DNA of 64,000 nt, taken from assembly GCA_038824665.1 (NCBI GenBank), contig JAWBBK010000003.1, positions 44,021 through 108,020 on the forward strand. Direction: 5' to 3'. The translations under genes and the position numbers were made by a program. The stretch comes from Acidilobaceae archaeon (GTDB taxonomy: Archaea > Thermoproteota > Thermoprotei_A > Sulfolobales > Acidilobaceae). Positions 18,425-28,118 of the stretch are shown here, in pieces; the first letter of the stretch is position 1, and the number at the start of each line of letters is the position of its first letter. The notes under the pieces were generated by a model. It was not told where the DNA came from. It ran no database searches and saw nothing but the letters and a program-made list of their open reading frames with translations.

Positions 18425-19776
18425 ACTTAGCCAACGAGGTTGAGAAAGAGGTCATAGAATATCTAAGACCGACGCCGTGGCAACTGAAAGCTCTAAGCGG
18501 GCTAGCTGAAATAGTGAGCTTCTCTTTGAGAAAATGCACTGAGGCTAGAGGTCTCAAAACGAAAATCTCAATTGAAGGTAGTTTCGCTAAGGGAACTCTT
18601 CTTTCAGACAAGAAAGAAATAGACGTCTTTGTTCTATTCAACAACGTAACTGACGAGTGGATCGAGAGAGAAAGTCTAGGACTTTTAGAGACGTGTCTGA
18701 AAGGCTTTAAGATCAAGAAGAAGCACGCACAACACCCCTACGTAACTGTAGAGTTCAACGACCTCTCTGCAGACGTAGTCCCCGCTAGACTCGTAGAGTC
18801 TCCCTTGCAAAGCAAGTTAGGCGTCAGCAGAACCCCATTCCATACAGAGTACATAAAGAGCAAGCTAGGTCAAGATCCCTCGTTAGCTGACGAGGTTAGG
18901 CTTCTCAAATCTTTTATGAAGGGAATAGGAGTCTATGGGGCAGAAACCGGAATAGACGGCTTCTCTGGATATCTAGCGGAACTCCTAGTCGTATATTACG
19001 GAGGGTTTAGGAACGCCTTAAGGGCAGCTACCGAATGGACTCCTCCTGTATATATTGACATTGAGGGCTTTGGAGTCAAAGAGGAGATCGTTAAGAGATA
19101 CAGAGGGTGTCCTATCATAATAGTGGACCCTGTAGACCCTATGCGCAATGCTGCAGCAGCTGTTTCCTTAGAGAAGCTAGCTCTTTTCATACTGGCTTCG
19201 AAGCTCTATCTCAGAGGTCCAGACAAGAAGTTCTTCCACATATTTGCAGAAAGGGTAAAAATAGAGGCTCCGGCTGTCGTGGTCTTTTGTGAAGGCGATT
19301 TCTCGAATAAAGATGAGGCAGTAGTATTAGGAAAGCTCAAAAGAGCTTCAGACCTAATATTGTCAAATCTAAAAGAGAAAGGCTTTGTTCCTCTTTGGAG
19401 AACTTATGGATATGAGAACGAAAGAGCAGTCATCGCGATAGGTTTAGAGTCTCTCACCATGCCTTTCTTTGAGGTTAGAACAGGACCAATGGCTTGGGAA
19501 AACGAAGAGAGGCTAATCAGCTTTCTCTCAAAGAGATTTGAAGAGAAAGCTCAGGTGTGGCTGGGAAGAGATGGAAGGCTTTATGGGTTACGGACTAGAG
19601 CTTTGAAAAGCGTTTCTCCTTTAGTCGCTCTTCTCAAACCTAAGGTCTCAGAGCTACTGTCAGCTGAGTGTAGCTTGGAGGCCTGCGAGGATTCGTGGAG
19701 ATGTCTAAGAGATTCAGGAGTGAGCTTGCGAGCCTTGATAAATTACCCAACACATGCTTGGATGAGGTCAGCATAG
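18421..19776 (+). CDS. cca: CCA-adding enzyme (class I)
   Basis: GSFAKGT..EIDVF, HPYV, RTPFH, GFSGYLAEL, DPVDP.RNAAAA. Confidence 0.93.
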   Translation: MNLANEVEKEVIEYLRPTPWQLKALSGLAEIVSFSLRKCTEARGLKTKISIEGSFAKGTLLSDKKEIDVFVLFNNVTDEWIERESLGLLETCLKGFKIKKKHAQHPYVTVEFNDLSADVVPARLVESPLQSKLGVSRTPFHTEYIKSKLGQDPSLADEVRLLKSFMKGIGVYGAETGIDGFSGYLAELLVVYYGGFRNALRAATEWTPPVYIDIEGFGVKEEIVKRYRGCPIIIVDPVDPMRNAAAAVSLEKLALFILASKLYLRGPDKKFFHIFAERVKIEAPAVVVFCEGDFSNKDEAVVLGKLKRASDLILSNLKEKGFVPLWRTYGYENERAVIAIGLESLTMPFFEVRTGPMAWENEERLISFLSKRFEEKAQVWLGRDGRLYGLRTRALKSVSPLVALLKPKVSELLSAECSLEACEDSWRCLRDSGVSLRALINYPTHAWMRSA

Positions 19777-20522
19777 ACAATGTGGAAGTCGTAAAGGCTC
19801 TCTGCTATCCTTTTGAGAAAGGTTCAACTAGAGTTTGTATCGAAAGAGTGGAGAGACTGCTTTCAACAGGCATCGATGTAGTCTGCTCGTGGGGACTCAG
19901 CGAACTTCCAGGCTCACGTCTTCGAGTCTTAGGGAAGGGGCACTCCAGCGTAGTGCTTTCAGCTTTCTCAAACAAGCTAGGCCTCGTAGCTATTAAAGTT
20001 CGCAGGCTGGACAGCAAGCGACAGAGTCTCGTACAAGAAGCTCTACTGCTTCGTGAAGCCTCAATGACAGGCGCTTCTCCTCATGTTTATTATTATGACG
20101 ACGACATGATAGTGATGGACGCAGTACTGGGACCCTCTTTAGAGAAAAGAATTAGAGAGAACGGATTGACTGAGAGAACTCTAGAAGAGGTCTTGGATAC
20201 AGTTAGGGCTCTCGATGTCGCAAAGATCTTACACTTAGAGCTTAGTAGACCGTGGAGAAACTTGGTTTTTACTTGCGAGAGCCCTTGGTGTAAAGCTCTA
20301 GTCATAGACTTAGAGTCGGCCAAGAGAGGTTGTGGTAATCTGCTACTCGTGCTAGGAGGTCTTGCTTCAATAAGCTCTCAGCTTATGTCTATAGTAGCTG
20401 AATTGAGAGATAATCTTAGAGAGTATCTGAAGAGTGAGTGTTCGAAGAAAAAGTACGAAGAGATCAAGAAAGCTATGTTGGAAGTCGTAAAAGGGAAAAA
20501 ATTAGATCTCAACCTCAACTAA
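19695..20522 (+). CDS. Archaeal Ser/Thr kinase-like protein
   Basis: LGKGHSSVV, VAIKVRR, ILHLELS, VIDLESA; start may be TTG 19758. Confidence 0.7.
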   Translation: MEMSKRFRSELASLDKLPNTCLDEVSIDNVEVVKALCYPFEKGSTRVCIERVERLLSTGIDVVCSWGLSELPGSRLRVLGKGHSSVVLSAFSNKLGLVAIKVRRLDSKRQSLVQEALLLREASMTGASPHVYYYDDDMIVMDAVLGPSLEKRIRENGLTERTLEEVLDTVRALDVAKILHLELSRPWRNLVFTCESPWCKALVIDLESAKRGCGNLLLVLGGLASISSQLMSIVAELRDNLREYLKSECSKKKYEEIKKAMLEVVKGKKLDLNLN

Positions 20523-20888
20523 ATGACGTTTTTGGACGATAGAGTCACCTAAGCCGCTAAGACCTGTCTCTAAGTCTGCAAGGGGCTCTTTGACAGACTT
20601 TCGAGCGGCTTGCTCTCTAACTACAAGTCTGACTCCACCTACGACTTGGTATAGTTTAGTGAACTTGCTGTGACTCATGAAGTATATACCTTCAGGCTTA
20701 TCGCTAAGCTTTCTATTGCAATAAGGACAGGTCTCTCCATCGTGACTGTTTTTCGCTTTAGTTGGAGTTGGAGGTCCGCTGAATTTAGTTTTGTTGTTTT
20801 TATCGCCTATAGCATACCAGCAAGCTATAAATCCACAGTTTTTACATACAATAGCGATTATTCCAACACCTTTTACTCGAAGACCCAA
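20502..20888 (-). CDS. Zinc-binding hypothetical protein
   Basis: CKNC..GPPTP..CPYC; GAGGTG SD 8 nt before TTG. Confidence 0.6.
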   Translation of the reverse strand: MGLRVKGVGIIAIVCKNCGFIACWYAIGDKNNKTKFSGPPTPTKAKNSHDGETCPYCNRKLSDKPEGIYFMSHSKFTKLYQVVGGVRLVVREQAARKSVKEPLADLETGLSGLGDSIVQKRHLVEVEI

Positions 20889-20911
20889 AGAAGCTCCACC
20901 TCAGTTAGCAC

Positions 20912-20938
20912 GGTAATACTCTTGTCACAAGTATTACC
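20912..20938. promoter_or_regulatory. Perfect 9-9-9 inverted repeat, operator candidate
   Basis: GGTAATACT-N9-AGTATTACC between a TATA-like TTTTAA (about 20952) and the SD of the zinc-protein gene. Confidence 0.45.
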
Positions 20939-21169
20939 TAATACCTCATGCTTTTAAGGGTGTCTGCTTAGAGCATTGAGTCGAGCTGGTTAGCGTTCTC
21001 ATCTCATTAGGTGTCGCTTTTCCGTGAGCTAGTAAAAGTCTATGTAACTTCTATTATCAAAAATTCTTTGAGGGATCAAGAGGCCACTAAAAGAAATACC
21101 TTAAATAAACAAACTACGGATGCCCCATTAAAAATAAAATCTAGCGAAAGATCAAATCTCTTCAAAAGG

Positions 21170-21607
21170 TTACGGACTCAACATAGGCTTTTCCCAGAGG
21201 GGCTTACCTCTAGAAGTAGGAGGAGCCAGCCAGTCGATGACCTCATCTATGTTGTCTCTAACTATGAGTAGCTTGATCGCTCCTAAAGGGGACTCTCTAT
21301 CGCTGTCTACAATACTCACTTTACCTACGAAAGCTGCTTGTTTGTGGAAAAGCAGATGAGTACTGTCTTCGCGTTTGTTCTTTTTTAGAACGCTTCTAAC
21401 CGTATCGAGGATCTTCTCGACCCTGATGGCTTGATGTAAAGGTAAAAGCGCCTCGAGACTCGAAGACTCACCTATTGCTTTTTCGCCTCGTGGAGAAGGT
21501 ATAGTGGTGAACGAAGAAATGTCTACAAGGTTCTTGATCGCCTTAATGACTTTGTCTCTGTTTTCGGTGTATCTAATCTCTGCCTCTACCACAATTCTCG
21601 TAGGCAA
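21170..21607 (-). CDS. UPF0201 RNA-binding protein
   Basis: TE..KV.KAI.N, ILDT.R, HKQAAFVG, SPLGAI, IDWLAP. Confidence 0.82.
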   Translation of the reverse strand: MPTRIVVEAEIRYTENRDKVIKAIKNLVDISSFTTIPSPRGEKAIGESSSLEALLPLHQAIRVEKILDTVRSVLKKNKREDSTHLLFHKQAAFVGKVSIVDSDRESPLGAIKLLIVRDNIDEVIDWLAPPTSRGKPLWEKPMLSP

Positions 21608-22151
21608 CGCGGATCTCCTCAGCCACTGCTCTCGAAGCTCGGGCTAAATCTTCAGGCGTCGAATCGTTGACTATCATGTAGTCAGCTAAAGCTAGGAGGT
21701 TCCCTATTCCATAGTTTAAGTTGTACCAGTCTCTCATTTTGAACTCCTCTAAGCTCTTCACGTCTCCAACTCTTCCTCGTTTCAGTAACCTTTCAAACCT
21801 CAGTCTAGGAGGAGCAAAGACCCCCACTACACAGACTCGACCTAGAGAGCTGAGAACTTTCACTTCTTCAAGACTCCTAACCCCATCTACGACCAGCCCT
21901 TCTGAGCTGAGTCCTCTTCTCTTTACTTCTTCTAGTAACATCTGCGCTACTACAGAAGACCCTCTTTCTCTTCTCAGCTCGATGGCTACGACCTCTAAGT
22001 TCCAAGGAGTCAACTCGAGTCCTCTTCTCTTTACCTCTTCTCTTACTAGGTCCCCCATAGATATTAGAGGGAGCTTCAGATACTCAGCAATTACTTGAGC
22101 TACGAGACTTTTACCACTTCCCGGTAACCCCGTTACAGCTACCACGATCAA
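21573..22151 (-). CDS. UPF0200 P-loop kinase (dephospho-CoA kinase-like)
   Basis: TGLPGSGKS, SMGD.VR, VDGVRS, RF.RL..RGR..D, ADYMIVN. Confidence 0.8.
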   Translation of the reverse strand: MIVVAVTGLPGSGKSLVAQVIAEYLKLPLISMGDLVREEVKRRGLELTPWNLEVVAIELRRERGSSVVAQMLLEEVKRRGLSSEGLVVDGVRSLEEVKVLSSLGRVCVVGVFAPPRLRFERLLKRGRVGDVKSLEEFKMRDWYNLNYGIGNLLALADYMIVNDSTPEDLARASRAVAEEIRVAYENCGRGRD

Positions 22152-22298
22152 GACGTCTCCCCATGCTCTAATTAGAGACGAGATTTTATCGTCTATCTAG
22201 CTCCCTTCTATCTGTCTCTTCTTTAGCAGACTTCGCATAGTTCTAGCTAAAAAACTGTATGAAGTTTAACGTTTTAAACATCTAGACTTACAGATAAT

Positions 22299-22994
22299 GT
22301 GGTGTTGGTCTTGGCTAGAGTGAAAGTCAAGCTCGTCTCCTGGGACGAGATAGTTGATTGGTCTAGAAGACTCGCTGAGATCATAGAAGCTTCGAACTGG
22401 AGACCGGACGTAGTTGTAGCTGTAGCTAGAGGAGGCTACGTAGTAGCCAGACTTCTCTGCGACTTCCTCGACGTTACAGACCTTTTGAGCGTCCAAAGCC
22501 AACACTGGACAGAAGCGGCCAGAATGGCGGAGAGAGCCATACTAAAATATCCGTACAAGGTCGATCTAGCTAACAAGAAGGTTCTTCTAGCTGACGATAT
22601 AGTCGACACAGGAGAAAGCTTGCTACTGGCTCGGGATTACATTCAAAAAGAGTGGAGACCTAAGGAACTAAAGATAGGAGTTCTTCAATGGATTAGTCCG
22701 GTGGCTAAGTTCAAGCCCGACTACTATGTGATAGAGGTTACGGAGTGGGTTTGGTTCCAATATCCATGGACGAGACTTGAAGACGTGAGTCAATTCATAA
22801 CCAGAATCTTCAGAGAGGACGAAAGAATTAAGAACAGAGAGGTATCGGAAGATGAACTCAAAGAACTCTTCATAGAGTGGTATGGCATTCATCCCAGCGA
22901 AATAGGGAAGTACTGGGAGCTAGCTCTGAAAAAACTCTCGTCCAAAGGCGTTCTAAGCAAGACTGAAAAAGGATATCGTCTAGTAGCTCGCTGA
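22299..22994 (+). CDS. Purine phosphoribosyltransferase (type I PRT)
   Basis: VARGG, LADDIVDTGES, WFQYPW. Confidence 0.85.
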   Translation: MVLVLARVKVKLVSWDEIVDWSRRLAEIIEASNWRPDVVVAVARGGYVVARLLCDFLDVTDLLSVQSQHWTEAARMAERAILKYPYKVDLANKKVLLADDIVDTGESLLLARDYIQKEWRPKELKIGVLQWISPVAKFKPDYYVIEVTEWVWFQYPWTRLEDVSQFITRIFREDERIKNREVSEDELKELFIEWYGIHPSEIGKYWELALKKLSSKGVLSKTEKGYRLVAR

Positions 22995-23037
22995 AGACCA
23001 ATCTCTAAAAACCTGTGGCAACCTAAAATCACTTGGT

Positions 23038-23128
23038 GCCGGGGTGGCCGAGCGGACCAAGGCGGCGGGCTCGAGACCCGTTGCCCCTTCGGGGGGGCGC
23101 GCGGGTTCGAATCCCGCCCCCGGCGCCA
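23038..23128 (+). tRNA. tRNA-Ser(CGA), CCA encoded
   Basis: GCCGGGG acceptor, GCGGG-CTCGAGA-CCCGT anticodon arm, long variable arm, TTCGAAT, GCCA end. Confidence 0.96.
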
Positions 23129-23151
23129 CAGCTTCTACTGCTTTCATTTAG

Positions 23152-24099
23152 TCACACTTTGCCAAAGGCCTCGAGACTCTTAGGAGGTCGAAGGGCTATA
23201 GCTAAAGCTCCATATAGTACAGCGTTATCTCCAAATCCAGAGACTTCGAGAGACGGTAGGCTCAAAGAGAGATACTCTTTAAGCCTCTCTGCTATAGGGC
23301 GCAACATTAAGTCTTGGTTATTCAAAACCACTCCTCCTCCTAAGACCACTACCTCAGGGTCGTAAGCAGCTATGGCACTAGCCAACCCTGCTGAGTGAAC
23401 TCTATTCATCTCATTAACCAGGCTAATGGCAAACTGATCGCCGTTTCTCGCTAAAGAGTAGAGCAACGGTGCATCAAGACTTCCTGTCTTAGCTAATTGT
23501 AGAGCTCTTGTCTCTTTTCCTTTCCACTTCAAAGCTTTAATCCTAGCTACTTTGGGCACGTTAGCTCCTCCAGCTAAAGCCTCCCAATGTCCTCTTCCTC
23601 CACATCCACAAACTACTTCGCTTGTGTGATCGACCACCATGTGACCTATTTCGTGTGCGTTTCCGCTCTTGCCTAAGAGAAGATTACCGTCAACCACCAC
23701 TCCTCCTCCTATCCCTGAGCTTATAGTAACGTATAGCAAGTTCGAGACTCCTCTTCTCGATAGCACGTATTCACCCCAAGCAGCAGCAACACAGTCGTTG
23801 ATAACGATCACAGGAACTTTATACACTTCGACTAGAGGGTCTCTAAGAGCAAAAGATCCGATGGGATTGTTTGGAGTATTGACAACCCAACCTCTCTTCA
23901 GGTCAAGAGGTCCGATAGAAGCTACACTCACTATGTCGACAGGCTCGTCTGGAGGAGCTAAATCAACTATAGCTTTCGCTACCGCTAGGTGTCCTCCCTC
24001 TCTAGGTGTCCTCATCTCTCTCTTCCATATCATCTTTTCGTCTTGAAAGAACGCTACTCTGAGCCTTGTAGCGCCTATGTCTACAGCTAGCACTCTCAC
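23152..24099 (-). CDS. glk: ROK-family ATP-dependent glucokinase
   Basis: VDIGAT, INDC.AAA.GE, SSGIGGG, EIGH, CGCG..GHWE. Confidence 0.85.
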   Translation of the reverse strand: MRVLAVDIGATRLRVAFFQDEKMIWKREMRTPREGGHLAVAKAIVDLAPPDEPVDIVSVASIGPLDLKRGWVVNTPNNPIGSFALRDPLVEVYKVPVIVINDCVAAAWGEYVLSRRGVSNLLYVTISSGIGGGVVVDGNLLLGKSGNAHEIGHMVVDHTSEVVCGCGGRGHWEALAGGANVPKVARIKALKWKGKETRALQLAKTGSLDAPLLYSLARNGDQFAISLVNEMNRVHSAGLASAIAAYDPEVVVLGGGVVLNNQDLMLRPIAERLKEYLSLSLPSLEVSGFGDNAVLYGALAIALRPPKSLEAFGKV

Positions 24100-24172
24100 T
24101 AAAGGGTCCTAGTTCTCATACTTAAGTCGAGAGCTTAAAGAACGAGGTAGAGCTTTAGACCACCGAATAGGC

Positions 24173-24760
24173 TTGTGTCTACGGCGAATAGAAGTGCTAG
24201 CCTTTAAAAATGTTGAAGAGGTTTATCTCGCTATCGTTAAGAAATTGAAGATCAGACCAAATCACTTGACTCTACTCGGTCTTTGCTTAGCCTTGGCTAC
24301 TCCTCTAGCGGCTTATGCAAACAACGCAATTATAGTGGCTGTACTCATAGTGCTCTCTTCGCTGGCTGACGCTCTTGACGGATATACGGCGAGAGTTTTG
24401 AAAGCGACCAGCAAATGGGGCGCGTTTCTCGATTCGACTGCTGACAGAGTAGCTGACTCTATGTTTGTGCTTAGCTTCATGCTCTTAGGGCTTAGTCCCA
24501 CAATATGCTACTTGTTGCTTACTTTTTCTCTCCTAGTATCCTACACAAGAGCAAGAGGAGAAGCTCTGGGTACAACTTTCAAAGGAGTCGGTATAATAGA
24601 AAGACAAGAGAGAGCAGTGCTGTTCATACTGATAGCGTTCCTCATCGCTTATGACAAACAGGTCGCAGAAATAGGAGCGATCGTAACCTTAGCTTTTACC
24701 GTAATCACAGTGATCCAAAGAGTTCTCCATGCTAAGAAGAGGCTGACAGAAGTTGAGTGA
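24173..24760 (+). CDS. CDP-alcohol phosphatidyltransferase (archaeal polar lipid synthesis)
   Basis: DALDGYTAR..G.FLDS..DR..D, SYTRAR.E. Confidence 0.87.
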   Translation: MCLRRIEVLAFKNVEEVYLAIVKKLKIRPNHLTLLGLCLALATPLAAYANNAIIVAVLIVLSSLADALDGYTARVLKATSKWGAFLDSTADRVADSMFVLSFMLLGLSPTICYLLLTFSLLVSYTRARGEALGTTFKGVGIIERQERAVLFILIAFLIAYDKQVAEIGAIVTLAFTVITVIQRVLHAKKRLTEVE

Positions 24761-25085
24761 AAAACATGGTTTTATCTTATGCGTTGAAGAAACTCTAAGC
24801 ATAGCTCTCAAACCGTTTGATTATAGAGTGCATGGACATGACGTCTCTATAGAAGCGTGTTGGTGTGTTGGCGATAAGAGAGTAGATATAGAGGAGTTGG
24901 CTTCCTTGCTTTCAAAGGTCCTTAAGGAGATAGACCGAAGACCTCTATGGGAGGTTTTAGAAACAGAGAGCGCCACCATTGAGGACCTCTTGCTTTACTT
25001 AAAAAACAAGATAGAACGAGAACGCCCAGGACTCTGTGCTCTAAAGGCTAGCTGGAGAAGAAGGTCTATAGCTCTCGCTTTGTAG
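24753..25085 (+). CDS. Divergent QueD/PTPS-like T-fold protein
   Basis: VHGHD and ATIEDL resemble HGH and PTAENL. Confidence 0.45.
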   Translation: MSEKHGFILCVEETLSIALKPFDYRVHGHDVSIEACWCVGDKRVDIEELASLLSKVLKEIDRRPLWEVLETESATIEDLLLYLKNKIERERPGLCALKASWRRRSIALAL

Positions 25086-25169
25086 ATCAGGCTTCGTAAA
25101 ACCCTTTAAGGTCTGCAGAGCAGGATTGAGATGAGGTAAGTAAGTGGTTCGTTATTTTGGTGAAGGTCA

Positions 25170-26270
25170 ATGTTTGAGTTCATGGTGGCATATTGGTGGG
25201 TTTTGCTGATAGAGGGACTGGCTGTAGCATTAGTAGTCGGACTTCTCGCGCTCTATGCCGATAAGATCGTAGGCGACGCTCCTAAAAGCCTAGGCTCTTT
25301 AAGAGCTGGCATGGCCTTATCGCTTATAGCTATGGTTTCAGGCTATATAGTTGTGGTTGTTGTTGCTTTCAAAGCTTTAGAGTGGTATACGGGCTTCTCG
25401 ATCTCGGCTAGCTCAATAGCCTTGACGGCCTCTCTGATGGCGTTCCTTCTAATCTTAGTTCAGTGGCTCATCTCTCCTCTTATAATCAACATAGCCTACA
25501 GAACTCGAAGTCCTAGGAGCTCTTATGAGCAGGAACTAGAGATGGAGCTAAAGAGACTAGCGGAGAGAGCCGGTATGAAGACCCCTAAGTTTGTGATAGC
25601 TGATGTCGACTTCCCCAACGCCTTTGCGTACGGCAGTCCTATCTTTGGAAACTACGTAGCGATAACTAGAGGCTTGCTGAAAACTATGCCTAAAGAGGAG
25701 ATTTTAGGGGTCATAGGTCACGAGTTAGGACACCTCAAACACCGAGACGTAGCTTGGATTTTGGCTCTCTCAACGATTCCGTTAGCTGTATACTTCTTGG
25801 GTAGAGCTCTAGTGTGGATGGGAATATTTAGAGATACAAGCGCGAACACAAGAAGGACTGAGGCGACTCCAATAGTGTTCTTAGCTATAGGAGGTCTCTT
25901 AATAGTAGCGAGCGTTATTTTCAGGCTTCTAATAGTTCACTTCAGCAGGCTTAGAGAGTACTACGCAGATGCTCATTCTGCAATGCTTTTAGGAACTTCA
26001 AGACCGTTACAGAGAGCTCTAGCGAGGCTCTACCTGACCTACAACACGCGTCCCGACGTTAGCGAAATGGCTAGAGAAAACAGCACTGCAGCTCTGCTTT
26101 TCATAATAGCTCCTTTAATAGAACTATGGGCTTCACCATTCTACGAGATAGATTACCATGTAGAGAGACTCAAAGAGATCAAGACCAACGCTCTCGAGGA
26201 GTTGCTCTCAACTCATCCACCGATTCCAAAGAGGCTCAAGTTCTTGGATAGAGTAGCGCAACGTCTCTAG
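25170..26270 (+). CDS. htpX: Zinc metalloprotease HtpX (M48)
   Basis: PNAFAYG, HELGH, SRLREYYAD, STHPP. Confidence 0.92.
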   Translation: MFEFMVAYWWVLLIEGLAVALVVGLLALYADKIVGDAPKSLGSLRAGMALSLIAMVSGYIVVVVVAFKALEWYTGFSISASSIALTASLMAFLLILVQWLISPLIINIAYRTRSPRSSYEQELEMELKRLAERAGMKTPKFVIADVDFPNAFAYGSPIFGNYVAITRGLLKTMPKEEILGVIGHELGHLKHRDVAWILALSTIPLAVYFLGRALVWMGIFRDTSANTRRTEATPIVFLAIGGLLIVASVIFRLLIVHFSRLREYYADAHSAMLLGTSRPLQRALARLYLTYNTRPDVSEMARENSTAALLFIIAPLIELWASPFYEIDYHVERLKEIKTNALEELLSTHPPIPKRLKFLDRVAQRL

Positions 26271-26410
26271 CTCTCACTACTTCGTGTTCTTCATCTGTTT
26301 CTTGTTGAAAGAGAACTCTTAAGAGGGAGATTCTATTTCTTTTTCTTCCTCAAATAGTATCTGGACGCAAAGCGTTCAAATCCTGGACTTCTCTGAGAGC
26401 TTATGTGGGC

Positions 26411-27127
26411 TCAGTCAAACTTCGGTACGATACCTTTTTCGAGAAAGTCTACTCCATATACTTCGCTTAGCAAAGACGATCTTAAGATAGAAGAGGGGTT
26501 CCCCTGAGCCATTACTGATCCCTCTTTCATCACAACGACCTTCTGGGCTATTGATGCGTGAGAAGGCTCATGTGCAGTATAGATTATAGTGGATTTATTT
26601 TGAAGAGCGCGAAGAAGTCTGGCTATTTTAACTTGATTGCTGAGATCTAGACTGGAGAAGGGTTCGTCTAGCAGGAACACTTTAGGTTTTCTGATAAGAG
26701 CTGCAGCTATTAGCACAAGCTTCTGTTCTCCTCCGCTAAGCTCTATCATCTTCCTTTCTAACATAGAGGTAGACAGACCTACAATCTCAAGTCCTTCTTC
26801 AAAACTCAGAGGGTCTTTAACCCCATAAGAGTAAGCTCTCATAACGTCTGAGACTTTGGAGAAGGGCTCAGAGTATAGATGACTTGGAACATAGCTGATC
26901 AAGCTTCTAACCTCTCTAGGCTCTCGGCCACAAACTTTGACCTCGCCTTCCTGGAGTCTCACGATACCCGTTATCGTTTTGAGCATTGTGGTTTTGCCAG
27001 CTCCGTTTGGACCCATCAGACACGATAGTTCGCCGTTAAAGCTGATCGTCACACCTTTCAGAACCTCTTTGTTCCCTAAGACCACTTTCACGTTCTTGAG
27101 CACTATAGAACAACTCACGTTCTTCAC
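26411..27127 (-). CDS. Iron-chelate/cobalamin ABC transporter ATPase
   Basis: GPNGAGKTT, LSGGE, LLDEP. Confidence 0.88.
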   Translation of the reverse strand: MKNVSCSIVLKNVKVVLGNKEVLKGVTISFNGELSCLMGPNGAGKTTMLKTITGIVRLQEGEVKVCGREPREVRSLISYVPSHLYSEPFSKVSDVMRAYSYGVKDPLSFEEGLEIVGLSTSMLERKMIELSGGEQKLVLIAAALIRKPKVFLLDEPFSSLDLSNQVKIARLLRALQNKSTIIYTAHEPSHASIAQKVVVMKEGSVMAQGNPSSILRSSLLSEVYGVDFLEKGIVPKFD

Positions 27128-28092
27128 CCATAACTTTGTAGCTTTAAGAGCATGTAGGCTAGCAGAGGAGCTCCGATCACAGCTGTCATAGCTGTAACGG
27201 GTATCTCTACGCCTCCGAAGATCCCTCGTATCGTTAAGTCGGCTAAAACGACTATAGTGGACCCTATGAGTCCCGAGGCTATGCTGAGCTCGAGAAATCC
27301 CTCTTTACTTAAAAGCCTAGCGATCCAAGGAGCTACAATTCCAACGAAACCAATAGGTCCGCTTATCGTAGTAGCGGCTGTTGCAGCTAGAGTAGCTGCT
27401 CCTGTACTAAGAGCTCTTACTAACGAACGTCTGACTCCTAAAGACTCAGCTACATCATCTTCTAAAACTAAAACGTCTAGCTCTTTATGGAAGACCAAGA
27501 CGATGGAAACCCCGAGAAGCACTATGGAAAAAGCGATGAATAACTCATTCATCTTAACGTACGCCAGGCTTCCGAAAAGCCACATCATGGGAGAACCTCT
27601 GATCTCGGCATGATAAAGAGTCAGGAGAACCACGTTGAGACTGTAAAATAGATAGGACACAGAAACTCCGGCCACGATCAACGAAAGCGGCGAGTAGCCG
27701 GCTAAGGCAGACGCTGTTAGAGTGAAAGAGAGTGCCAAGAGTCCTCCCAAAAAAGAAAGCAGAGGCCATACGTGAGGTTCTAAGCCTACGATCATTGACA
27801 ACAAGATGCCTAGCGTCGCTCCTGAGCTGATACCGATGAGGTATGGATCGGCTAAAGGATTACGAGTCACTCTCTGAATGCAGAGCCCAGCTACCCCTAA
27901 GGCCGTTCCAACGAGGACTCCGGCTGAGACTCTCAATAACCTATACCTCAAGATACCCGCTTCTGTTTCATTGTTGAACCATAGGGGGTTTACAAAACCT
28001 CCTGGACCTATGCTTAAAGCCAAAACGAACACAGCGGAGAGTATTAGGAGAAGAGCGAAGAGCCGAAAGAAAGGAGCCTTCTGAATAATCAA
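27124..28092 (-). CDS. FecCD/BtuC-family ABC permease
   Basis: RNPLADPYLIGISSGA, GPIGFVGIVAP. Confidence 0.9.
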   Translation of the reverse strand: MIIQKAPFFRLFALLLILSAVFVLALSIGPGGFVNPLWFNNETEAGILRYRLLRVSAGVLVGTALGVAGLCIQRVTRNPLADPYLIGISSGATLGILLSMIVGLEPHVWPLLSFLGGLLALSFTLTASALAGYSPLSLIVAGVSVSYLFYSLNVVLLTLYHAEIRGSPMMWLFGSLAYVKMNELFIAFSIVLLGVSIVLVFHKELDVLVLEDDVAESLGVRRSLVRALSTGAATLAATAATTISGPIGFVGIVAPWIARLLSKEGFLELSIASGLIGSTIVVLADLTIRGIFGGVEIPVTAMTAVIGAPLLAYMLLKLQSYG

Positions 28093-28118
28093 AACGACTA
28101 CCTCATGTGGTGGGAGAG

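Noticed and set aside
20912-20938. Inverted repeat as an Xer dif site
   Set aside because: 9-9-9 geometry rather than 11-6-11, and it lies close to the origin.
21011-21271. 86-aa plus-strand ORF
   Set aside because: AT-rich intergenic DNA plus antisense overlap with the UPF0201 gene; no motifs.
23033-23365. 110-aa ORF
   Set aside because: Reads through tRNA-Ser and antisense to the ROK kinase.
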